Assembly: GCF_018977255.1 (NCBI RefSeq) | Contig: NW_024704742.1 | Span: 137,516,001-137,580,000 of the forward strand | Length of the DNA stretch: 64,000 bases | Reading direction: 5' to 3' | DNA from: Callorhinchus milii | Lineage: Eukaryota | Shown: positions 38,101-48,772 of the stretch, in pieces | Position numbering within the stretch: position 1 is the stretch's first letter | How the letters are laid out: every line of letters starts with the position of its first letter | Notes under the pieces: generated by a model | Told to the model about the DNA's origin: nothing | Databases searched by the model: none | What the model saw: the letters and a program-made list of their open reading frames with translations, nothing else | Translations under genes and position numbers: made by a program

Positions 38101-38668
38101 AGCTCATGCTGCGATCTAAATGTAAATGATATTGACATATTGATATATACCACCATATTGGCGTGGTATATTGGTAGGCGAGCCTTCAGCTCCTCTGCCC
38201 CCCCCCCCCACCCCCTTTGGAACTCCATCCCATCGCGCCTTGGTTTTGCTCTTTCCCTTGCCTTCTTCGAAGCTTGTGTCAAGACCCTCCTTTCCATCCA
38301 TGCTTTCGGTTATCATCCTACCCCTACCCTCCCCTTTATCCACCCCTCCTGATCCCAACATCCTCAGGTCTAAATCCTTAACTATCCAGCGACTTGGGAA
38401 GACCACCCGACGTGAAAGGCGACCAACAAATTTAATTTGTTGTTGATATAAAAGTGTGAAATGTAAAAGAGGATTAAAAGTCACTGAGTCACTGAAACAT
38501 GAGGTGGGGCAGGACTATTGCTGGGGAGAAACATTGCAGAGCATCAAAATAAAGCGGACGGAGCTCGTTGACCACAGAACGAGAGGAGGAAGGAAAGAGA
38601 AGGGTGACCAGCTGTGCCAGTGCGAGGCAGACGTCTGCGGGGAAGGAGTGTGTCCTGAGTGAGGGACG

Positions 38669-39890
38669 ATGATGCTGGGAGCTGTGCTCTGTACCCTGGT
38701 CCTGTCAGCCTCTGCCTTCCGTACGTACTTTCCAATCAGAAACCTGACTGGCTTTAATTACTGCTTTACCTTTTACTGCAATAATTACAGTCATGTGACA
38801 TTTCGCAGAAATAAGATAATCTACTTGGGAATGTGTTGGATGGAGACACTTTCCTGAGGATCAGGGACCTGGAGGTAAATGACATTGGCCAGTATTTCTG
38901 TTATGTACACCTCACGTTTCTAAATGAAAAATACCAAAAGGTGATACAGGACATGTCATGGCTGCAGGTTATTGGTAAGAAATCTCTTGTCTCTGTGGGA
39001 CACGGAAAGGGGTAAATGAACAGGTCAATCTTCACCGATGCAATGTTAAGGACAATGTTTGTTTCATTCCATATCCCACTCCTCATGTGTCAATTAGCAC
39101 AAGAAACGTATTAGGAATTAGCAGAAAATCCAGAAGCATGGGCACATGGATTCTTCCCACTTGTCTCATGTTAGCCGTGCTACTCAAAGCCTTAACATAG
39201 CCTCACCTTCACCCCCACACTCCCTTCCTGATCCCAACATCCAGCTTTGGTGGAAATCCTGACTGTCCAGCATCTCAGGACGTCTGCCCCATGTGCAAGG
39301 CGCTATCCAAATGTAATTTGTTGTTGCTGCAATCTGACAAAGTAGCAGGAAGCTAACGATTCGGTGTTTACAAAATGACAAGATTGGTTTGGATGGAGAA
39401 GGCCCATCTGATCTCATCCTTCCAGGACACTCACCTACCATCCCCTCATCACAGCAGCAAGTTGCATTGTAAATGAGTCCCAGTGTTCTGGCCTCTACTA
39501 ACCTTCTTGACAATCTGATCCAGTTCGGGGAGTGTGCAACAACACAGAAATGATGGGGAGGGAGCGAATGGGATTAGAGTAGAGAGTTTCAGTGGGGTAG
39601 CGAGCACCAGTACACACATGATGAGGAAAAACTCTTGTGTTTCTTTATACCTAAAGCTCCGGCTGTCATCCTGACCATGTCCCTTGTGGCTGGTGATGGA
39701 GCCAGAGACGACATTGTGTGCAAGGCTGAGGGGAAAACTGCCGGCCAACATCAAATTCATCGACCCCGAGAATAACACACTGCTCATTAACACCAGCCAC
39801 ACGCCAGTCACACACGTACCGGACAAGCATCAAACCGTGGGGGAGATCCGGGGCCCGAGGCTGAGGGGAACTTACTGAGTAGCTGAGAAC
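38669..39890 (+). pseudogene. Deleted and frameshifted paralog of the Siglec-15-like gene: leader 38669-38720, 3' part of V2 about 38827-38974, C2 remnant 39657-39890
   Basis: The leader is identical to 48721-48772. Intron 1 jumps directly into mid-V2, so V1 is lost. C2 has a +1 A at 39734-39737 and TGA in place of the F-strand Cys at 39876-39878, and is then cut off by an L2 fragment before the TM. Confidence 0.88.
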
Positions 39891-41706
39891 GCTGAGATGC
39901 TGGTCCTCACCTTCAAAGCCTTTCACAAATCTTGCTCTTCCCTACCTCTGGGACCTCCTAACGCCCTACCATTCTGCTTGCTTCCTCCTCAGCCTGCTTT
40001 GGTTCACATACCCCACCTCGCTCACCCTACTATTGGTGGTCGGTCCTTCTGCCACGCTGCCCCACCTCTGGAACTCCATTCCCGAGTCTCACCACCTTGC
40101 CACCTTCAAGCCCCACCTCAAGATCCTCCTCTTCGACTGTGCTTTTGATCTCCCTGCTACTCCCTGTATTTGAGACGTCTAAAGATGTGAAAAGTGCTAT
40201 ATCAAATGCAAGGATTATTATATTATTATTTTATTATTATGAAGCGCTACGACAGGGCAGTATACCTTCCACCGAGTACTTGGCCTCAATCTTGATTGTG
40301 AAAGAACATGTTCTGGGATAGGCAGAGCATCAATGTTGGTGTTCTCTGAAGATCCGGCCAGATCATATTGATTAATAAACAAAATATTTGCCACATTCTG
40401 AACGGCATTTTTAGGCCTGAGCTGGATCCAAAGGGACTCAACTGACAGCGGAATATCCGATAAAATTCACTGCGACCGCCTTGGTAGCCTGATTCCTCAG
40501 CCAGGCATGTTCGCAGTCCTCCAGATGATGATCGAGCTGGTCTGGCTCACTGGCAGGACTTGGAGGAACAGACCAATCACATGGATGGAGATCCAACTGT
40601 ATATGCCGAAGGTCTAATGGGTTGGGTGAACCTAGTCGGACAAGCAGCGAGAAGTTTGAGACAGTGTTGGCAATGGGCAACTGTTGTAGCTGGTTATAAT
40701 GTAGTTATAATCCGATGGACCCTCTGGAATCCCTGAACCTTGCCAATCAGCACTGTTGTCTCTGAAACAGAAGATACATGGGCTCCATGACCCGATATGG
40801 AGGGTTGAAGCCCCACGTTGGGACGTGGAGCCCATATAATCTATAATGACACTCCAGTGCAGTGGTGGAGCAGAATCCTGCATTGTTGGGGTTGCCGAGG
40901 TTCTGTCTGCCTGACCAGGTGGACGTTAAAGATTCCATTATATCAGAAAACAATTAGGAAGTTTCTCTCTACCAGTGTCCTGGCCAACAATCCCCCAAAT
41001 AAAATTAGTCACTCACTCCACGGCTGTTTGTGGAATATTGTTGTGCACAAGTTATTACGGTTATAAACTCTCTAGGCTTGGGTGAACAGGGTGTCTCTCT
41101 CTCGAGGGAGAAAATGCACGCTCCATTGCTGACAAGCAGAAAGCAGATATAGATGGAATTTTGCTCAGTAATTTGGTTTAGAAAGTACATCCAAGAGAGT
41201 CTATCAGATCCTCACTGAGCAATATATGAAAGTGGTGGCAGTGCTGGTAGTGGGAAAATAATGCACCCAGTGGCATTATTACACCAGGTTCATTGTGAAG
41301 CTCGTAATCTTAGTTCACAGTTACTGCTAATTGTGATGCTATTAACGAGTATAAAATTATCAACATTGGAAATATTTCCTGAACTAGTCTCAGGATTGTT
41401 AACAGAAGCCAGTTCTCCTCCTGATTCAGTTGGTAACATACATACCAAAAGACTGTAGGTATCTGCTAACCCCATATCACCCTGTCCTCGCTCCCTCACC
41501 TCCTTCAAGTCTCTAGACCCTCTTCGACCATGCCTTCGGTCACTCTCCTACCCTTCCTGCCCTCCACCCTCCCTGATCCCTAGCCTCTCCTGCTCGGGTC
41601 CAAAACCCTGACTGTCCAGCGCATTGGGATGTCCTCCCAACATGAAAAGCACTTTACAACTGTAATTTTGGATTGTACTGTTGAAAGTTGGGACTTTGAG
41701 CTCATA

Positions 41707-44340
41707 GTCTGAGCTGATGCTCCAGTGGAATAGGAGAGGAAGCACTGTATTATTGGAGTTTCGCCTTCTGATGAGATGTAAACTGAGGTCCTGTCTATGC
41801 TTGTTCGGGTGGCTGTTTGTGGGACTTTACAATGTGCAAATTGACGACTGCGTTTGCCTACAAATTGCCAATTACATTTTAAAATGTCAGATGAAATTCA
41901 GTCAATAATTCAGTCAATATCTTTTCCCCAACACAGACCAAGTGAAGATCGTCCAATTATGTTTTGCTGCTCCCTCATTGTGAATTATCTTTGTGGCTGA
42001 GAGATTGCTTATTGAATACCGCTGCGATCTGGTACTCCACTTCAATAGAGACAGTTTCTTCTTCAAGATGCTGTATAAAGGTGTCACTGCTAATATCAGA
42101 CTATATTAGAGGTGTTCACTGCTAATATCAACTATATAGAGGTGTCATTGCTAATACAAAACAAGAGAGAATCCAATATCTTAATCTAAGTTTAGGTGAT
42201 TTCATGACTTTTGAAACTGAGGTTTTGCTCTACGAGTTAACCTTTATTCTTGCATATTTTCTGCTGTTATGAAGCTCAGTTGCCTCTCTAAATTGTGTCT
42301 GTGATTCCAATTGAACCTCAGGTGGGTAAGGGTGGCCTGGAATAATAACAATCCTTGCCTTAAAACACCGCCAGTAATTCCACAGTTGCCTTTCATATAG
42401 GAACACAGCAGAAAAGGCTTTTCAGATAAGGTGGGGGTGGGAGGTTGGGGTTCCGTTGAGGAGGCACAGTTTAAGAGATAGATTTGTTGGGGGTGCAAAA
42501 TAACACGAAACTGCCTTTCACATAGGATTATGTCTCTGAGCGCCACACAGTGGCGGAGTTAGATACTGAGCTGGGAGAAGGTGGGTGAGGAGTAGATGTG
42601 GGATTTATAATAAATAATAATAATCCTTTATTTGAAACAGTGCCTTATGTTGTCAAGACATCTCAAAGCATTGTAAAGTGCAGTGACTGTGTGCATGAAA
42701 CCAATAGACAGTCTGAGCTGATGCTCCAGTGGAATAGGAGAGGAAGCACTGTATTATTGGAGTTTTGCCTTCTGATGAGATGTAAACTGAGGTCCTGTCT
42801 ATGCTTGTTCGGGTGGCTGTTTGTGGGACTTTACAATGTGCAAATTGACGACTGCGTTTGCCTACAAATTGCCAATTACATTTTAAAATGTCATATGAAA
42901 ATCAGTCAATAATTGTCTCTTTTCCCCAACACAGACCAAGTGAAGATCGTCCAATTATGTTTTGCTGCTCTCTCATTGTGTCTTATCTTTGTAGCTCAGC
43001 GATTGCTTATTGAATACCACTGCGATCTGGTACTCCACTTCAATAGAGACAGTTTCTTCTTCAAGATGCTGTATAACAACAACAACAACAACAACAAGAT
43101 TCCATTTATTGAGCGCCTTTCACGTCGGGAGGACGTCCCAAGGCGCTGGACAGTTGGGTCAGGACCTGAGCAAGGGGGAAATGGTCAGGGTGAGGGCAGA
43201 GAAGGGAGGGAGCGAGGAGGGGGTAGAGAGTCGAGAGGGGAGCTGAAGGCTGAAGGTCAAAGAGAAAGGTCTTGAGACCGGCCTTGAAGGAGGAAAGAGA
43301 GGAGGCGGCGAAGGCACTGGGGATGGAGTTCCAGAGCCTCGGGGCTGAGAGGCTGAAGGCCCGGCCACCGATGGTAGGGCGATTGGGGCGGGGGATGTGG
43401 AGCAGACCGTAGCCAGAGGAACGGAGGGTACGGGCAGGTAGGTAGGGGGATAGTAGGTCAGAGAGGTAGGAGGGAGCGAAGCCGTGGATGGCCTTGTAGG
43501 TGAGGGTGAGGATCTTGAATTCGAGGTGTATAGAGGTGTCACTGCTAATACCAGGCCATATAGAGGTGCCACTGATAATATCAGACTTTATTAGAGGTGT
43601 TCACTGCTAATATCAACTATATAGAGGTGTCATTGCTAATACCAAACAAGAGAGAATCCGATTTCTCAATCTAAGTTTAGGTGATTTCATGACTTTTGAA
43701 ACTGAGGTTTTGCTCTACGAGTTAACCTTTATTCTTGCATATCTTCTGCTGTTATGAAGCTCAGTTGCCTCGCTAAACGGTGTCTGTGATTCAATTGAAC
43801 CTCAGGTGGGTAAGGGTGGCCTGGAATAATAACAATCCTTGCCTTAATACAGCACCACTCTCTCCACAGTTGCCTTTCATATAGGAACACAGCAGAAAAG
43901 GCTTTTCAGATAAGGTGGGGGTGGGAGGTTGGGGTTCCGTTGAGGAGGCACAGTTTAAGAGATAGATTTGTTGGGGGTGCAAAATAACAAGAAAACTGTC
44001 TTGCATTTATACAGTGCCCTTCACATAGGATTATGTCTCTGAGCGCCACACAGTGGCAGAGTTAGACACTGAGCTGGGAGAAGGTGGGTGAGGAGTAGAT
44101 GTGGGATTTATAATAAATAATAATTATTTGAAACAGCGCCTTATGTTGTCGAGACATCTCAAAGCACTGTAAAGTGCAGTGACTGTGTACATGAAACCAA
44201 TAGACAGTCTGAGCTGATGCTCCAGTGGAATAGGAGAGGAAGCACTGTATTAATGGAAGTTTTGCCTTCCGATGAGATGTAAACCGAGGTCCCGTCTATG
44301 CTTGTTCGGTTGGCTGTTTGTGGGACGTTACAATGTGCAA
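41707..44340 (+). repeat. Tandem segmental duplication of a unit of about 1.0 kb (starts 41707, 42711, partial third at 44207)
   Basis: gtctgagctgatgctccagtggaatagg recurs at all three starts; the unit bodies align; unit 2 carries the extra L2 insertion. Confidence 0.92.
43076..43526 (-). mobile_element. Young 5'-truncated L2 insertion with target-site duplication TGTATA
   Basis: (AAC)n tail at 43076; TGTATA at 43070-43075 and 43527-43532; empty site in the paralogous unit at 42072-42077. Confidence 0.92.
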
Positions 44341-44949
44341 AGTGACTTGCACATAGCAATGTCTCACAAACAGCCATGCAATTAATGACGTCCACCTGAA
44401 CAGTCAGGCAGGACGTGCGATTAACATACCATCAAAAAGGCTTCTCTCACAATGCAATGCTTTGGAGACTCTTCTTAGTTCCGCTGTGGGGTTTGAACCC
44501 ACAACCCTTTATCTCAGAGGCGAGAGTGCTACCACTGAGCCAGGCTGACACCCAATACAATTTACACTTGAACAAGAGAGATGGTGAACCGAGCGCTGCA
44601 GAATAGGACAGATAAAGGGATGGCGGAAATAAAACTCAGCACAGATACAATGCCAGAATGGACCATATGGTGCTGTAAATTGCTATGGTTCTCTTCCTAT
44701 GTCACTTTCTGTAGAGTCAACAGAGGGAGCCTGAGGTACTTCAGTCACAGTATATAGTAGCGTATCAAGTGTCGCTTACATAGGAGAACATCTTAAAGCT
44801 CTTCACAGATTGGGAGAGCGGGGATAAAACTGGCACATCTCACAAAGGAAAAATGAAGAGAAGACTGGAAAAATGTCACTCAGAATTGTGGTACATTTTG
44901 TTAAGTAGATATACAACAACAAATTGCCAATATATATTGTCCTTCATGT

Positions 44950-46860
44950 GGGATAACGTTGTGGGCATCACTGACTCTCCTGGTCAACATGCAACCAGAG
45001 ACCGGCTGCCGTGTGACCTCACATCCACACGCCAACTTTGAATCTCTCAGCCTGGATTCACTGGGACTATATAACATTGTCCCCTCTCCCCATGATGACC
45101 CACGCCAGCGGGCTAACCATGCCTCGGTGACCCCTCCTCCCAGCGTGTTAGCTGCCACCACCGACCTGAGCTGCTTACCCATAGTGCTCCCACCCCTGTC
45201 CTCCACCCTCCATTTCTCCCGCTTAGTTGAACTCTCCCCCCGCCCTCCCCGACTCCTATCCCTGTTTGAACATCCCACTGCCCCCCTCTGCTCCATCCTG
45301 CAAATTCTCCATCAGGCCCACTGTGGCAGATGCCACTGGCTGTCCAACAGCAGCCACTCAGACTGCCCTATCCCCCATTCTTGCTGCAAGGCTCATTGGT
45401 CAGGGGCCAACCTCTCCTCCCTCATCCACATCCCCACCCTCGCAGTCAGTCCTCCCCCTCCCCCCTCGCCCCCCACATTCCGCCACCAACTGTCACCCCC
45501 GCATCGGCTTACAAAATGTCTGCTCCTCGCCAACAAAACACTCAACAACAACAACTTGGATTTATATTGTGCCCTCAATGCCTGATGGCGTCTCGGAGTG
45601 CTTCACAATAATGGATCCCGGGCCACTCACCATCCAAGACCTGATTGTCGATGAAAACATCGACATTCTCGCCCTCACTGAAACCTGGATCACTCCAGGC
45701 AACACCTTCCCCCTGATAGAGGCCACACCACCCGGCTACACCTTCCACCGTACCCCTCGACCTAACTGCCATAATAATCCTAATAATAGTAATAATAATC
45801 CTTGCATTTGATATAGCGCTTTTCAAGTCGGGAGGACGTCCCAAAGCGCTTCATAGAACACACTGTAAAGTGAATTGACTGTATGGGCGAACGCGGCAGC
45901 CAATTGCGCACAGCAATGTCCCACAAACAGTCGTGGATTGAAAATGACCAATTTATTATTGTTTTATTTTTTTTGGAGGGATTATTATTAGGCTCTGTGT
46001 GGAGTAAGGAAACTTGCCCAAGGTTTCGCCCTCTGCCTGGAATTGAACTCAGGTCTCTCACTTGCAAAGCGAGTGCTCTAACCACTGAGCTACAGGACTC
46101 CACTCCACCGCCATGGTGACGGTGTGGTTCTTATCTCCTGGTCCCTGCTCGGCTTTCCTCTTACTCCTGTGGAACCTTTCCCTCCTTTGAGCACCTTATC
46201 CTTTATCAGCTCTCGAAACCTTTCCCTCAAAAGTCTCCTTATCTATCGCCCCCCAAGCCCTCCTCCACCTTTTCTCCAACATCTCCACCCTCCTATCTTT
46301 CCTATCCCTCTGCTCCGAACCCCTCCTCATGCTAGGTGACTTCAACCTACACTTCACCGCGTCCTGCTCTGCCTCTGCTGACTTCTCCCTTATCTCCTCC
46401 CCGATCCTCTCCCTCCACATCCCCTCTGCCTCCAACATCCGTTATCATTCCCTCGACCTGGTGATCATCCAGAACTCTTGCAACCAGGTGCACGTGTCCT
46501 CTCCCACACCAGGCTCCATCACCCTATCATCCTCATCCTCGCTCGACTCTACTGGCTTCCAATCACACAGAGGATACAGTTCAAGATCCTGGTCCTCACC
46601 TTCAAAGCCCTCCATGGTCTTGCTCCCCCTTAGCTCTACCACCTTCTAACCCTACCATCCTGCTCGCTCCCTACACTCAGCGCGCTCCTGCCTGCTTCAC
46701 ATTCCCTGCCTCACTCGCCCCACTATTGGCGGACAGGCCATCCTGCCCTCACCTTCTGGTGCTCACCTCCTTCCTTGCCTCCTTCAAGACCCATCTCAAG
46801 ACCCTCCACTTCGACCATGCTTTCGATCTCCCTACTTCAACCCATGCCCTCTACCCTCCT
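44950..46860 (+). mobile_element. L2 5' region and endonuclease with nested insertions, followed by a 3' fragment
   Basis: LQNVCS..., IQDLIVDENIDILALTETW, YRPP, LGDFNLH. Confidence 0.75.
45781..46102 (-). mobile_element. Young SINE inserted in an L2 endonuclease region
   Basis: Same family; the host L2 APE (ILALTETW ... YRPP, GDFN) continues on both sides. Confidence 0.9.
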
Positions 46861-47971
46861 CAGCCTTGTTAGTCGCTTGGTGGATAGCTTTTCCGGGGAT
46901 GATAATACCTTGAAGAAAATATTTGGACACTCAATCCATGACTGTTGGTGGGACACTGCTGTGCGCTTATTGGCTCCGCGTTTCACCCACAAACTATGCA
47001 GTCAAACCACTTTATAGTATTGTGAAGCGCTTTGAGATGTCTCGAGGATGTGATAAGGCGCTATATGAAATGCAAGGATTATTTTAGTTGCCTTGCACAA
47101 ATTGGCTGCCGATAAGATGGTTATGTATACAGCTCAGTCAGAGATCTCAAAGAAAGTAAAGAACAAAGAAAACAGGGAGGGGAAGGAGTTCTCAAGAAAG
47201 GTGACAGAAATAAACTTGGGAACTATCGACCCATTAGCCTGACCTCAATAATTACCTTCTTTTTTCCATTAGAAAGGAAGTGGACGTTTACCACTTCCTT
47301 TCTTTAGATATGAAAATAATCTAATTGACATCCAATTTCATTATTTTGAATCTTAAAATAATCAGAACAGGTTCAGAAAACGTACGTCTTGTCTGACCAA
47401 ACTCATACAGTTTGTTTGATGAGGTGACAGCTCAAATTAGTTGTCGGAAGCTATATGTTGTGGTGCAGCTAAACTTCCAAAAGACTTTCAGCAAAGTGCC
47501 ACATGAAAGACAACTTCACAAACTGTTATCCCTGGGTATCATGGGCAAGACATGGACCAGCGACTTCTGTTTTTGTCTCAGATTCGCAGCAACTGCAGTA
47601 TTTTGGGTTTTGCAAGACATGGACCTGGATTCAGAATTGGCTGAAGGGAAGGAAGCAGAGGACCTTAGTCAATTTGCAAATCCCTTTTCGGGGGTAATAA
47701 TTCCTTTAAAAAATAAATTGGTCACTTCAATCCACGACTGTTTGTGGTACACATTGCTGTGCTCAATTAGCGGATGGTTTCGCCCACAAAATAGACTGTT
47801 AATTCACTTTACAGTTAATTCTGTGAAGATCTTTGAGGACGAAAACGTGACAAATGCAAGGATTATTGTTAGTGTTGACCTGGATTTGCAGACCCAGGGT
47901 AAGAGAATGGATGAGGGCATGGTTAGTGCTGGGGAGAAGCAGGTGTGCGAGGGAAAAGCGTGAGCGTATGT

Positions 47972-48016
47972 ATGCTGGGAGCTGTGCTCTGTACCCTGGT
48001 CCTGTTAGCCTCTGCC
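47972..48016 (+). pseudogene. Orphan third copy of the Siglec-15-like leader exon, without splice donor
   Basis: atgctgggagctgtgctctgtaccctggtcctgttagcctctgcc, one mismatch to the leader over 45 nt, then runs into a CR1 fragment. Confidence 0.8.
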
Positions 48017-48720
48017 ACATGTTAGGGGTGACCTGATAGAGGTCACAATAGGGGAAATACCAATAGATTTATTTCCATTTATCAGTTAGTTGCAAGAGGA
48101 ACAAATATAAAAGGATCACAAAAAAGGAACTAAGAGGCGTTAGAAGCCCTGTCTTCACACAGAGGGGGTGGGTTTGTGGAATTCTCTGCCACAAATCACA
48201 TCTAAGGCAAAAATCCGTCAAGTTTATAAAAGGGATTTGGATAGATGTTTGAAAAGGTGGTATATTAAACGATATGGGGGGGGTGAGGGAGTGATCCTAA
48301 CTCCCAGATCGGGTCCAAATCCCTAAATGTCCACCGCCTTTGGACATCCTCCCGACATCCTCCCAACATGAAAGCGCTATACAAAGGTGATTTGTTGGTG
48401 TTGGAATAAAGGTGTGTAAAATGCAAAAGAGGATTAAAAGTCACCCAGTTACTGTAACATAGCACCCAACAGCAACAACAAAATTACATTGATAGAGCGC
48501 CTTTCACGTTGGGAGAATGTCTTAAAGCGCTTAACGCAGTTACAGGCGCAGGGTTGGTATTGGGAAGAAATATTATAGAGCATCAGAACAAAGCGGATGT
48601 GGGGGTTGGAGCTCTGGTGGTGACTGCAGAACGAGAGGAGGAAGGAAAGAGAAGGGTGACCAGCTGTGTCAGTGCGAGGCAGACGTGTGAGGGGAAGGAG
48701 TGTGTCCTGAGTGAGGGACG

Positions 48721-48772
48721 ATGATGCTGGGAGCTGTGCTCTGTACCCTGGTCCTGTCAGCCTCTGCCTTCC
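48721..48772 (+). CDS. SIGLEC15-like: Siglec-15-like leader exon [17 protein letters not shown]
   Basis: ATG, hydrophobic signal peptide, phase-1 donor gtacgt; 52 nt. Confidence 0.85.

Noticed and set aside
44959-45585. 208-aa ORF with a hydrophobic start
   Set aside because: It leads into L2 endonuclease motifs; a decayed L2 5' region.
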